From NCBI RefSeq assembly GCF_037042905.1, contig NC_087251.1, positions 21,080,001-21,144,000 on the forward strand: a stretch of 64,000 bases of DNA. The letters are read 5' to 3'. This stretch comes from Lytechinus pictus. Taxonomy: Eukaryota. Numbering within the stretch: position 1 is the first letter of the stretch; the number at the start of each line of letters is the position of its first letter. The notes under the pieces were generated by a model that was given only the letters and a program-made list of their open reading frames with translations, made no database searches and was not told the DNA's origin. The position numbers were made by a program, and so were the translations under genes. Below are positions 12,943 to 26,920 of the stretch, piece after piece.

Positions 12943-13178
12943 CACTGGCGTACATGCAGAGTGGGGGCGGTAGGAACTGGGCTCCAAAATGTTTCACGAC
13001 CAAGAAAAATATGGAAGAAATGAAAGAGAAAAGGGAAAAGGCAAAAAGTGCACATTCTATCACAAAATATGAAATAATTTAAAGTCAAAGTTGTCGTTCC
13101 TTTACAAATTTGTAAGTACCTTGGCCCATAAATACGTCATGTTGTGCCGCTCAATTTTGTTGGCTCATTACGTCACGG
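12943..13178. mobile_element. Degenerate CAGTGGCGTA...TACGCCACTG-type short hAT-like element
   Basis: Ends CACTGGCGTA / TACGTCACGG. Right end TTGTTGGCTCATTACG is shared with 33050-33065. Flanks TTCTAGGC / TTGTAGAT form a degenerate 8-bp TSD (5/8). Confidence 0.5.
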
Positions 13179-15384
13179 TTGTAGATCTATGTTAAGTGGT
13201 AGGAGAAATGTAACTGTGAAGGGACAAATATTTTCGGAGGTACAGAACATCTGCATTCACAGTTTGAACAAAGTCAATTATTTACATAAAAGGGAATGCG
13301 GTGTGGGTTCAACGGAACGGTTGGATAACTAATCGACTTGATTATTATGTAGTATCTCATCATCAATGATACTTTTTTTTCTATATAAACTACACAGTGA
13401 GGATCTCGTGCCAAAGTGGAGTATTCAAACAATCCAAATTTTAATTTTGGTTGTTAACATGCTACATGGTACTCACATTATTGATTAACCGATGGTGTGC
13501 TCGAGGCTACTGACTATTTGACCAACTTTTAGAAACAGAAAAATACAGTATAAACAGAACGGAGTAAACAGACCAGGGGAATAATGCGATATTTGTGTAA
13601 ATAATACGTGCTTCTTGCCCAGAGATAAGCGTATAGCAAAGCACGCTATGTCAGCTGAATGTCCAATGCTGGTTATAATTTGGGGACATCGATAATATAC
13701 ATATTAATCAGCATTTCAGCAGCAATATGCATAAACATCATACAATGACGTCTAAAGGTAAGCTAACAAAATCCTGGAGAAAAAATACACCTTCAGAGCA
13801 CAAGAACTACCCTCCTCTCAATCAATGATGAATTTTATTCTGGCTCTTTCCCCCTGGCTCATGTTAGAGACGCATGGTTCGATCAGTTTTCTCTTAAACC
13901 GGCAGCTGATGTCCGCAGCCCTGCCTAGGTCTATCCTCCGATGACCAATCCGCTGGGCATTCCTTTTCTGTTTTAGTGGAAACGACCCGCGACAGATCCC
14001 TACCGAGGCTGACCAGTTTGAATTATTCATTCATTAATAGAATTCCATCATTGTTATCATCATTCACTCGAAACGAAAGAAAATTAAATGTTAATAATAG
14101 CATATTGCCCGCGACACGAATCCTTGAATTAGCCTAAAACAGAACGAAAATATCGGATTGATGGTTGCAAGTTAATCCATCGTGGTAAAAATTAACGTAA
14201 ACAAGTGCTTTACAGATTTACTGATGGGAAAGGCATATTGCGAATCATCGATTAGGAATAACTATATTCTCCTTTTATTATTTTTTTTTCTACTTCAAAT
14301 ATGTTCTCTGACGATAATTTAAACCACCTCTGACAATCTACCATTACGAGATTTAATTTGACATTATAAGTGGTATTTGAAAACACTCCAAAATAGGTTC
14401 AGAAAAAATGAAGGTACGTGTATATCCAGAAATGAAAAGCTCTATAGCTTTGCGGATCTTGAGGATGAGGCACTAGAAATATTTACAATTTTAAGTAAAC
14501 ATACAACATAGAGTGGCGAAAATTCGAATTACCTAGGGGAAAGTGTAGGATACGCTACTAAGCCTATCAAACTCTATTTGTTTATCGATTGTTCACTTGT
14601 TTACGTATTTCTCAATATTTAGATGTTTATTCTTTCTAGTTTTTTTCATCAACCCTTTTCGTTGATATTGTTCAACAATCGGTGGTATGTCTATTGTGTA
14701 CTGCCTCAAATACTGCAGTATATTCATTCGAAAAAAATGTATATGTTTTCTTGCCTTGGTGGTCATTAGAATCAATAAAAATTGATATTTCGATGATTTT
14801 GTTTTATTCCATAAAACATATTGAGTCTGACGGGAAATTATGCATATTTTAGTTCCGACGGGAGTGTGCTGGAAAAGAATAAACATAGTCACTGTGGCAG
14901 AAAAAAGGGAAGGTAATGGGGTCTTGTAAAAACAAAGTTGGAAAAGGGGAAACTTGTTCATGCCATTCTGTGAAAAAAAAATAATATCTACCATAAGCCG
15001 ATAGGTTTTAAATTGATACCACCTCCTTAAAGATTTTTGGCAAGAAATTTCATAAATTATATCGGCACAGTCCTGTATACATGATAGTGTACTTTAGGAT
15101 GTAATTTTGAACGTGAAGGTCGATGAGAAAGAAATATTAACGGATGCTTTGAAACTGTCACTATGGACATCTAAAGCAAAGAGTTTGATAAATATTCCAC
15201 CGTTCTAAAGAGCCATGGTATTATCAAAGTGTCGGTTTTTATTTTCGCAATGGAAATTTTTCATAGTGTCAGATCACATTGAACTTGAAGGAACTCGATA
15301 AAGTGCCAACTTATATTATCTCCGAACATCATCATTAACCGCTTTCAAGATCGAAATTCTCCTACGATAGCATCTCCTTGTTTT

Positions 15385-15480
15385 TAGAAGGTAAGTCCTT
15401 TCCATTTACGAAGATCAAAGCGAAAGGATTTCCCGTATACCACAGCACGACACCACTTAGCATCTCATCCAGACGACGAG
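15385..15480 (-). mobile_element. Possible Deu/Nin-domain SINE relic
   Basis: Minus strand CGTCGTCTGGATGAGATGCTAAGTGGTGGTCGTG...GGAAATCC...TTCGTAAATGGAAAGG weakly resembles the Deu-SINE central motif (GGATGAGACGTTAAACCGAGGTCCCG...). No head seen. Confidence 0.3.
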
Positions 15481-17869
15481 ACGGCGTAAATCATGCTTTA
15501 CTATAAAGCAAAACACCTGTAAACAATCACGTCAGCATGTGAAAAAAAATGTGAAAGCAAAAAGTTCAGAAATCAAGTACAGTAACTAAAAATGCGGTCC
15601 ATCTTAACACAGGGCAACACTGGGCTATTTTCACTTACAAACATTAGAACACGATATTATTTCATTTTGTATTTTGCTAAAATATTCTTGGTTGTGAATT
15701 GAACTATTTTCATACTGGTAATTTTGATCATACAATTTTGGTGCACTTTCATAATGCATCAAGGTCATCTAATTGAGACTTATACAATGTATATATTCTA
15801 CTATCAATCATCCATTGAAATATGATATGGTGGGTTATTTCAAGAACAAGTTCAAAGTTGGTGTTGTACGGATAACACGAATCAGTACATTGAGTCAAGC
15901 ACCAACACTGAACATGCTAAGTGGTGTCAATCCAAGCACCAGCTTCATTACAAGTTCGTTGTCTTGGCTGGTGCCGTTTAATTGCCCTAATCAACGCCAA
16001 ACCTGAATCACAAAGGTGTATCAAAATAAATTTCGAAAGAGTTAACAATTATTGACGCCTTACTGAGAAGTAAAGCATATGAGATATCCTTTTGAAGACC
16101 AATTTCACTCGTGACAAATGTGATTGTAAAGATAAACAGTAAACGCACATATATGCGTACAATGGAATTGATGTCCCCTTTAGTTTTAATATTTAACCAA
16201 CAAACGGACTTAGGTAATTAAATTGAAAGCAATGTGTGTTCAAAGATCTTCACACTAATAATGTGTGATCCAATTAGGAAGAAAAATAGAGACTCATCTC
16301 TTCTATTTTACGCGATTTAAAGCAATCTATTTAAAGTCAAACCATGTATAATGTAATAGATGCCTTTTACACCTTCCTTCATTATTTTGTGTCATTGTCA
16401 TATAGGTGTATGTATACCTACAAATGACCGTTACATCGCAACAAGGCAATGGATTGAAGCGATGATGTCATCTAGATCATTGTGGCGTTCGATGCTTTCC
16501 TATTTCTGACCGCCCTAATTCCTAAGTCTCATGCGCCCTCGGACATTCTAAACCAATTCTTTTTTATTTCATACCTCAATTAGCAAACACAACACCATTC
16601 TCTGTCAACCCGTATGGATTTTCGCTATACCCTTCATCAGGATGTTTACATAAGTGGACGTACGTATGAGAGAAATCGTCTTCCCTTATATTTGCCATCT
16701 TCCTCTATATGCATATATCAACGTAAATGTATATGACGATGCTTTGGACGAGGAAATTAGATTTCTATGGTGACATACAGCATTTCAATATTCTTATTAT
16801 GGATAATTAGATACAGCTAGCTAAACCGGATTGGGGGTGGATGAAGAGCTTTTGCTTCTTACTTTCTTAGCTGACATAAGCAGTAGAAAGGGTAATTAGG
16901 TTAAAAATAATTCAGAGTAAAGTCAAAATTTGTTTTAAAGATTTGATGACTTATGAGGCAATATACTTACCGATGCCAGTTTTAAAGATTAGTGAGACAT
17001 TTCAAGTAAAGAAATCATGAAGAAAATGTGATTAAGACGAAACTCGATTTTATTGGCCAACAATAATTTAATTTATTGTAATGAACATTTTTTAGATGCA
17101 ATGACGCATTTGATGGTCACTTTAACACTCACAGAATTTGCTAACTGAAAATATGTCTAGAACTAATTCCTTCATACAGATATTCATCTTCGATTACAGA
17201 AGGAGTGGCAATCACACAATGAATGTCATTTTAAACGAGAAAAAACCCTGGCAGATTCATATATTTAAAGATTTTCGCACAAAACTATGACTGTCAGAAT
17301 AACCCTCTTCTTAATGGCTGAGGTAATATATTTTGTTTACGTAATTTCGAAGATTTTCCATGAAGATGTAACCTCATCAGCGAATAGAGATCTCCAGAAC
17401 ACCACCACAAGAATCATATTACATCCAAAGAAATATCATATACAACCAAAGCAATTAGTAGTGGTTCCCGACTGCTGACACAGCCTTACTTTTTTAAATT
17501 ATAACTTACTGATAACTTTAATCTGTATAGCGATTAAATAAAAAAAAATGAATCGCCGATAATCTAATCCTCCTATTGAAGTAACTATAAAAACCTGGAT
17601 TGGTCTACAGAAAATACAAATCTCACGCCAGTTCATCACGTCGAGCAAAACTTTATGGCAACTGGAAAAAAAATAATAAAAAAATTATCAGGCGCGTATT
17701 AAATCGATTCTGAATGGACGACATGGATGATGATTGTTGCTTTCGACATTTTCATTAAACATTTCTATCCTTATCTTAGATTTGATAATGCTACATGAAT
17801 GCACATGAAGATGCTACGTTACAACATGTATAGATATTTTTAAATACCATATCATCGTGAATCCAAAGA

Positions 17870-18490
17870 AGGACTTAGGCATGGTTTTGAGCATGGGGAG
17901 TAGCACATCCTGGGGAGGTGGAACTAAAGTTTGGAAAATCAGCAGAAGAATTGGTACAAATTTCGTTTTGCTTGCCAGTGTCGGAACTCCTCTGCCTCAG
18001 CGGGGGGGGGGGGGGGGGGGGGGGGGGAGGGGGTGCACCCTAGCCTACGCCCTTGGAATCGTGGTTGAGTGGAAGAAAGCCTGTTCCATGGACAAGGAAG
18101 TTCAATGCCAAGTCGGGTCATACCGGGGAACACAGAGGGACCTTCTGCCTTCTTGCCAGGCAATCCGCGGATTACAGTGTTAAAACGCAGTAATGTAACG
18201 ATAAGCAGGGTTCGTTGATTACAAGAAGGTAAAAAGAAAATGTGAGCCGAATGCCGTAGATCTTGATCTAGCTTTTTGCTAAAAGGTGGTTTTGACTAAT
18301 TGATTTGGCCCATTAGACGTGAGACGTACTACGTACTACCCCCCCCCCCCTCCTGAAGATCCGCCACTGTTTTGCTCTCGCGACCCTCGTCAGCAGGGAA
18401 GGAGGAGTTGGAGTTTGATCCCCCTCTTTTTTATGGGGGAGGCCAAAAGAGGGGGTTCAAGCCCCAACCCTCAAATAGATCAGACACTGC
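17870..18490. mobile_element. Cluster of short GC-ended element relics with a 26-nt poly-G run
   Basis: G run 18002-18027. Right-end-like motifs CTACGCCCTTG (~18054), GATCCGCCACTG (~18369) and GATCAGACACTG (~18489) resemble the termini of the hAT-like elements in the 29.9-33.9 kb nest. Left ends and TSDs not resolved. Confidence 0.4.
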
Positions 18491-19132
18491 TGAAGGCCTC
18501 TGCAAAAATAGAAACTGTAAGATTAATACCGGATGGAGATGGACATTAATCCCAAGACGAAATACAATACGCGTTCTGTACTGAGGCAAGAAAATTATTT
18601 TTTTTATAGAAAGACAATGCAAAATACATCGAGAAAATGAATTTGATTTTGATATACTGACAGACTCGACTTGAAATAGGATATAAGTTCTTTCAATCAA
18701 TGAGACAGTGGTATAGAAAAAAAAAGCCAGTGTTACTATCACTAAGGAAAACGATGACGTTGAACCCTTTTTTTCTTCTTACTTGTTTGACCCACCTCTC
18801 AAGTGAACTTCTTGCTAAATTTCCTAATCCATTCTATCATTTTCGGAGAAGTACAGTACCTGGATTTTCAATTAAAGGTTTTCAGACGATGTCATGAATT
18901 ATTTCAGCGCGAGGTTTTCTTGTACACATGATTGACAAAAGTAGGGCAGTTTTGGTGAACACTTGCCTCAATAATTGCAGATACATCTTTGATGTGATTT
19001 ATATCGGCTTAAGAAAACGAAAATACTCAGAAATACATGCACTATGTCCCACCCTGTTTGTATTTATTCAAGCACGTAAAAAACTTTGGTAGAAGTAAAA
19101 AGCATATAATTTTGTCTCATATTCTAATCTTA

Positions 19133-19328
19133 CACTTTTAAAATGTTGGGCAACATAGTGTTCACACAACAATTGGTTTAAAAATGTATCCAACTCTGGG
19201 TAGTTTTCAACCGATACTGTGTATTTTTCACCCAAAGCACATGTTATTGATTTAAAACTACCCAGAATTGGATAAAGTTTTAACCAATTGTTGTGTGGTT
19301 AGTATGTTGCCCAACATTTTTTTAAATG
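19133..19328. mobile_element. CACT-type palindromic MITE, AAAATGTTGGGCAAC family, copy 1
   Basis: Inverted arms AAAATGTTGGGCAACATA...TATGTTGCCCAACATTTT. Body homologous to 43435-43636. Left TA flank; right terminus eroded. Confidence 0.8.
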
Positions 19329-20714
19329 TTTAAAAATAGTAGTAATCGTTATATCATTCATCGCTGACCATTTTTTTATTTTTATAAAACATTAAATTTA
19401 TGTTTAATTTAATTAATGTAATTGCCCCCATCGATACTGTTTTTACTCTTTTGAACTAAGAGCCATTCAACGATTTTCTGAAAATTTAGTGATTGCACAT
19501 TATATGCTGTGTTCATCTACAGGAGTATGTATAAAGATTATTTACTTTTCTAGTTCAACACCTGAGAATGCACTTTTGCATTCGACGAGGAACAAACCTT
19601 CTATATTCTATGAATTTTACGAATATTACCAATTACGTATCTTGACCAATAAAGAATTTGCTTTTGATTTCGGTCCTAATTGCATTGCCGCAAATCTCAA
19701 TACTATATGAAAAAAACCTAGACAAAAACAATCAACACCCAAATAGGGATATGACTATACCAGAATGATACATGATGTTTATTTAGTAAAGACCACAATG
19801 ACGGCCCATATTAATGTTTTGTACTTATATTTCTACATCACTTTCATTTCAAAGAAATTTATATTAGAAGGGTTTTTCCAACTGATTGATTGCAATACGA
19901 TAAGAATGAGGGACAATGTCAAGATACAGCTGATTTACATACACTAGATAATGACGTTTTTCTCTTACTGCCTTACAACGTTATTTTGATGCGCAAACGG
20001 CCTCAGTCAGGTGGTTCTTGTATCATGTTTATATTATTATCAATATACATGTAGCAATCAAAGTCTGAAGATTTCCAAAACAAAACTGAAATGTCCATGG
20101 CAAATTTGATTCCATTCAAAACCCCGCGTTGAGCAGATGCTTCTATAATGATGTTTCTATTATTAAACAGTGATAGCTATAAACATGATAAAGTGGGGAC
20201 CATGGGAAGGATTCCGTTATAATGGTCAACATTTTAAACGACATGCATGTGTTAAATTCTCAATAATTTTTCTATTAAAAAAAATCCCTGGAAATAAAAA
20301 CGTAGAGAAATATGTTCGAGACAGACTTACTTGGACTCATATTTTACATATTCTGTTCAATAAAGAAATTTTCTGATCCAAGACTGAATAGAATACGTTT
20401 CCTGCAATCTTTCAATCTATAATCTGATCATGTGAATTCCGAATTATAAGATTTATGGATGACATATTTTAATTCATTTTAAGTAGCTTAGGGAGAATTC
20501 TGAAAATGGGGTAAAGTATCTCAACCTGGAAAAAAGAAGTCGTTATTTTTCTGTTGCTAGTGAGATAAGAATCTCTCGAAAGTTCTGATTTTAAAATTCT
20601 TTCACCGCTCCATGAAATGCATTTTTAATCCATTTAAGCGTGCTTCATAAAAAAAAAAAACATTACGGTCAATATGATTGTCTCATCCTGCTAGAGTTGG
20701 TGGCAAACCCGATT

Positions 20715-21150
20715 ATAGGCATCATTCTGTGGAAGACGATCTTTTAAAACAGTTTACTTTGAGCTGACGAGAGCGATTGTATGGTCCTAGGTACCCATGA
20801 TAACCACTAATGGTCTGGAATTGATGATGTTATCTCAGTCATGACCTTTTGCTAGATGAAAAGCATTGAACAAGAAAGAGATATGCTGCTCTTCGTTGGC
20901 AAGAGATTTTCATAATAGTTCAAGATTGAGATAAATATGCCGGATGTTTTCAAAAATAATTTGGAAGAAGTAGATTAAATCCGCATTTTGTTATTTTTCG
21001 CGCAATATGATACATTGATTACCTTGATACAAAACAAATCACGGTGTACGATCACTTCTTTATAGTGGCTCAAAACTAAGGAACTCATAACTTCGTCCAG
21101 TCTGCCACATCTAAGTGTTTAAATTCTTCGGAAGTACATCGTTCAATGAT
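20715..21150 (+). pseudogene. Decayed L2/Crack-type LINE ORF2 C-terminus
   Basis: 21019-21087 translates LP*YKTNHGVRSLLYSGSKLRNS, matching the typical end-of-ORF2 motif P...T.YG.RSF.Y.GAKLWNSLP. An upstream WHFCG-like remnant lies near 20720. Confidence 0.5.
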
Positions 21151-22969
21151 TAAAAATGTTGGTTTGGATTAGTAGTTTCATTATGTTATACCCCCTCCCC
21201 TCATTGAAAGAAACAGCTGAAAGGGTGTTCCACCCATGAATGGAAATAAATATTAAAGTAGATAAATAAATTCAATTGATAATTTAAACATGAATAATGG
21301 GAAAGGAATACAAAATTATAGAAAAATATTTAGCATTTCTATTGTGAAATTGTGTAAAGTTCTAATCGAATGTATGACATGTATGATGAAATGTCTTTAT
21401 GCAGCGTTTTAACATAAAACAATAATGCATTAGATGATACTCTACAGGCACTTCAAAAAAAAAAAACAATGCTCGAACAGAACAGAAAATCCGAAAAAAA
21501 GTCACGGCGGAAACATCATTCAAGTTTGAACATTAACCAATATTCGAATGCAGTGTTCAGTTGGAGATCTCCGGTGCGGTGCCACATATAAAACATAACA
21601 CAGACATGGCGACATATCGCCTTGTAACGTGATGTATTTTCTTATAATGTGCGAGTGGATAATCTTATAGAATCACGTGATATTATTTTACCTTTTGACT
21701 ATAGACTTCTCTATACAAATCATAACATCAACCGATTCTAAGGTTTGGAAACTAAGGAGAAATCTGCAATAGGCTATACGCCTCCAACACTTGGCATCAC
21801 TGTTTTATCAAACATTATGAACTCCCTGCGAACCTACTGTATTTGTTCGTGGTCTGGTAAGAAAGGAAGTATATCCTTCTAAGCTGCCAAAGCTCTGACC
21901 CAGTATAATTACTTTCTGCCAATCGAAAATGCAAACTCAATGGTGTGGCAAGTATGGAGCCCATTAAAAGCCTGTTTAAATAAGGGTGATATTTCTTCTG
22001 AAACATTAATTTGTGTAACCATCAGTGGATGTAGGGACACTCCCGTGAATATCTTATAAACTGGAACTGAAAATAATATTTATTCCAGAGCGAAAACACA
22101 TGAATGTTATATATTTGGAAACATTATATTTTTATCATAAATTTTAGATAGACATATTTTGTGAAATCTGCAGTATTAATCTAAACGAACTGCATTTTAA
22201 AATGCACTGGGAAAAATCAAACGCTCAACCTTCAGTGTGAAACTAATTAGAAAATATTTTGTTAGACTGCTAGGCTGACACTCGTTTTCATTCCACTTAT
22301 TCGAATGGATTTACATGTATTGCATGGCAATGCTATATATCACTGCAGTCGACAAATTTAATCCTAGGAAAACGAGATGGATTTAGATCTTGTCAAGGAA
22401 ATCCAAACTGTCTGCGTAATTTGGTTGGATCATAACTTTCTTACTTCAGGCTGTATGTATTTGATTAGGAATTAATTCAAAATATCTAAATGATAATACA
22501 TATCCCAAACGAAATGGCAGGAAACAGATACCGTATGATATGGATTCTGTTTTTTTTTTTTATTATTGAAAGGTTAGTTGCTGCATGAATGATTTAGTGA
22601 ATTGTCTCATAATTATTTTCTTTGTAAACATTTAAATCCAGAAGTTTGAAAATCTGAAAAATTGAACATAAATCAATTCTTCGATGCACCTGACTCCCAG
22701 ATCACAATCATGCGGAGGTCAACAATTACCATAGCTTTACGATCTAGAACAGATTATTTCAAACAATATCATCTACTTTAATACTTTGACGCCATTTTAA
22801 ACCATGTTACAACTCCTCTCTTGATGTTTCAAGAGGTAAATGCATTTACAAGAGAGCAATAATTCAACCGACAAATAAACAAATTTAATAAATGTGACAA
22901 ATTTATACGCACAAAGTTAGTTCACAAGATTGTACATGACAACATCTAATGTAAATACGTATTTGGAAT

Positions 22970-23222
22970 GGTGACGTCAAAGGTTGGTCCCAGACTAAAC
23001 AATCATGTCAGATTTTTTTTTTCCAGTGGTGCTTTTTTTAATATTCCATTTCAAAATAAATATCGATAACTTCATATTAATAAACGTGATAAATCAAACA
23101 CGAAACAATAAAACTTAATACAATTATATATAGTGAATACGTGGAACAACATACGTAAAAGCTCTCTCTTTCACAAACACACACACACCCTCACACCCCC
23201 ACACACCAATCCTTCCACACAC
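22970..23222 (+). mobile_element. tRNA-SINE family copy C (head eroded)
   Basis: AAAGGTTGGTCCCAGACTAAACAATCATGTC (22979-23009) matches the core of copies A and B. CA-rich tract at 23172-23222. Confidence 0.45.
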
Positions 23223-25442
23223 AAGGCTCTTCCTGGAAGGTGGACTTTGGTGCAACGCGGGGAATATCTTCTGTAATATAACACAAAATAATATTCGAGT
23301 AATATCGCTGTGAAATCCGATTTCGGCGTCGCTTGTCCTTAAAAGTGAAGCAATCATTTTTCGACATGTATTCATTACGTTACGAGACCGCACCACGAAT
23401 TTGATGAAGGTGTTGTCATTTGATTACAACACAATGCACATCCATCCTAGGGGCCATTTGTATAGCATCTCGTCAAAAGGAAAATGATATGCCTTGGTCA
23501 GGTTACCTTCAATTAAAAAAGCAGTGATGTAATTGTGGAGAAATATATTATGCAAATGCTTTTATTTTCCCTTTTCTCCTTTTACATTATCAAGAACCTT
23601 ATAAACTTTGATGCTAGATTTACCTCTACTGTGTAAAAACACACTCAAGGTTAATGCGGGATAGGCCTGTGTTAATCTCTTCAAAATGCGTGGTAATCTT
23701 ATCCAACGTCGTACACCGAGGAGTCTAATTCAAATTATACAGCAACCAGGCTCAATACGCCCTTGACCTACTCAAAGAGGCAAGCACTCACTGAAAAGTG
23801 TGGGGTGAGGAAAGTCATCCCTTACATCTAATGTATATCATGTTCTTAATAAAGACAAAGTTGCACACTCGAAAACGTCCTTGAGAGCTGGTTTAGGGCT
23901 CAACGTGTTTAAACTGTCTTATTTTGAACAATAAAGCATTGTATATTTCGCTGGAATGCATTGGGTGCATATCTCAAGCAAATCAGTGTAGGGTGAATGC
24001 AGGAGCAGTTGATGACTAGAATAGCAATGCCCTGGGGGAGGAAATATAAGCAGCCGGCAATAACTGGTTGAAAATCTGATTTCTACGATTAATTTACATA
24101 TTTATGATTCATGTGCGAGCAATATGTTGCAAGCGCACTACTTTGGGGTATACTACTAGTGCAGGATACAAATTGAAATCTAAACGATTGAGAATTACAA
24201 GAAGGGAAAATGATACTTTAAGAAACCCAAGGACCTGAGTAAGAATGTAACGGTTTGTAATCCTATGCATTGCGGTAATCATTGTTATGACTTCTACTTC
24301 GAATATCTTGTCCCATTATATTAGACAAGACCAATATGGGGAGAACTTGAGTTCAAGGAGCATTTTGGGGTAAAAGTTGGAAACCGGTCTATTTCACCTA
24401 ATTTGAATGTGCTGAATCTGATAAGACCGGTTCCCAAGCCAATTTTTCATGTTTTGACCACCTAATTTGCATAAACAAAATGGCTGCCAAATTGACAATT
24501 TATAATCTTATTTCTACAATATTCTTTTATAATATTCGCTTTCACCGATATGGATACTGCAAAATCCTGCATACTTAACATGTACCATTTGGGAAAATTT
24601 GTTATTTCTGTTTGCGACTAATTATTTATGCAAATTTATGCATATTTTGCAATATTATGCTATAATTTGATAATTACACCTAAAATGTTTATTATTTTGG
24701 GTACAAATAGCATTTGTATCAGTATGATAATTGTTTAGCCCTTAAATATAATACTCAAGTCATTTTTTATATATATTTTATTGTTCTTTGATATTTCTTT
24801 TGTGTTCTTGTATTTTCTGCCATTTGCTTTGTATATATGTTTGATATGAGATCTTTAAAAAACTAATATCAATGGCAGACAAATATTAAGCTTCAATGAT
24901 TGAATCATTTGATAAACTTCTTTTGCCACAACTGTTAATTGTACTCAGGAACAAATACACACACATGCTCCCACACCCACACCTGTATATAGAAAGTAAT
25001 ATACTTGCAAGGTATAGTAGACATTGATGCTGATCCTATAATCATGACAATTACCAAATTCAATGAACCCGTAAGAAAAAGAAGAGTTTAGAAGTTGGAA
25101 AACCTGTAATCATGCTGAACTTAAATTTCTTAAAATAGATGTATTAAAATGTTTGATAACAGATCAAATAATCAATTAAACGTATGATTTACGCAGTGTA
25201 GTTTATCAATCGGATATAAGTATCAGTACATTGTTATTATCCTTGTAGCAAAATTATATCTTTGATTCAGCTCCATCAGAACTGCAATCATGGCAATTAA
25301 CCAAAAAACAATTTGTAATAAATGCAAAGGGTCTGTATTACTGGATCACTTACTATTTTTTTTTTGGTCATTACCGATTTATTTATTTATTTGGCAACGA
25401 TACATTTTCCCCAAGTCAACCACAATTGCGGTGCTAAGAGAT

Positions 25443-25699
25443 GCAGTGTGAAACGAAACAGGGCTAAGCATTAGCCAATCACAGAAGTCGAAATTGCACG
25501 TTAATCGCGCTCTGTATGGTAAAATCATCAACATTTATGAGCTGTGTGATTGCCCGGGGTTAAGGCGTTAACCCCGGCTAAGCAATAGTACGGGGTTAAG
25601 AAAGACAGTGTGAATCGAAAAAAAAAGATAGTATGGGGTTAAGGATAGTCCGGGGTTAAGGATAGTATGGGGTCAAGGAAATGCAGTGTGAAAAGCATA
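25443..25699. mobile_element. One end of a PIF/Harbinger-like MITE with a 17-bp tandem repeat
   Basis: Three copies of GATAGT(AT/CC)GGGGT(T/C)AAG at 25627-25677, reiterated CAGTGTGAA, end ...GCAGTGTGAAAAGCA-TAA. Partner end not found. Confidence 0.45.
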
Positions 25700-25889
25700 A
25701 AAGTGATAACTGAAAACCACAGCTTTTATCCAATCCTTGCCTTGGAAGATTCTTTGACGAACGATACTAAATACAGAAGAGGAAATAAAAACATGGGGCT
25801 AAACACAAATTAGCTCCATGGTTAAAACATGGGCAAAACAAGGTTTCCAGCCCAGTCACTGCCCAATGCATAACAAATTCTCACAGTGT

Positions 25890-26920
25890 GTCCTATGGTT
25901 AAAAAGTGCTAGAGATGCTTGTTGAAGGTAAACCAGCATGGAGACAGTTGCAGAAGTCCAGTCTAGAGGTTATCCGGATGATATTTTCTGCACCACCTAA
26001 TGTAAGACAATGTCTGATCTCAGCAATTCTGTGGAGCAGGTAATATGCAGATTGGCAGACATGTGATGTGTGTTTCTTCATGCTCATTGTTCTATCAAAG
26101 ACTACGCCAAGAGATCTAGCCTTGCATACTAGAGATATATAGCTTCCTCACCTATTAAGACTGGAATTGTAGTCATAACAATTACGCATATATGGAGATG
26201 ACGGAACAAGATACTTCGCTTTTTATTGTTAAGCTCCAGGAAGTTGACCTTCATCCCAAAATCGAATCCTCATTGGCAGCACCGACAACAGCAGCTGCAC
26301 GAACCTCTGTATATTTACCTTTTGGATCAAAAGTGAGATATACAGCTGGATGTCATCAGCATAGAAGTGTATACCAAGACCATGTTGCCACATTACCGGG
26401 CACATTACAGAGCCAAGAGGAGTGATGTACAGTTTGAAGAACAAGGGACAAGGACAGACTCCCAAGGAACTCCATATCAAAGGTTATTCACAGGAGACTG
26501 CATGCCAGTGATGAATACAGCTTCATACAGCTCTGTTGGCAAGGTAAGAGGAAACCTGCCATTGGAGTGCAGAATCATCAATTCCACAGACTGTCAGTCT
26601 CCCAAGAAGAATGACATGTTCACTGGTATCAAAACCGGTTGACAAGTCAAACATAACTTTATTAGGCAACTGCTTTCCTCATAGAAAGAGAAATCCTGGC
26701 TCTACAATCGAAGAAATTCTCGACCTAGACTTTGATGGTGATATCTCAGACTCGCATGCAGCCTATCAGAGCTGGGTAAGCTATTGGATGCTGTTGGGTT
26801 TAAAACCGATCAAAATAAGTGGATTAATAATCACCTACAGGAACGCCAAACATGCCAGGAACCCACCATCCTCTGAAAGATATCTTCGTTATCAATTTGA
26901 AATAGTCTATCTTATGAAGA
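25890..26920 (-). pseudogene. L2-type LINE reverse-transcriptase fragment (frameshifted) inside the Academ-like element
   Basis: Minus-strand motifs in correct order: VMFDLSTGFDTSEHVILLGRL..CGIDDSALQW..SSYLANR, YGVPWESVL (GVPQGSVLGP), PLFFKLYITPLG, HFYADDIQLY, ARDLGVVFD, TSRLDFCNCLHAGLP. Confidence 0.9.

Noticed and set aside
16604-16644. Hammerhead ribozyme on the minus strand (CTGATGA...CGAAA)
   Set aside because: Stem II barely pairs, the cleavage-site base would be G, and no stem I partner was found.
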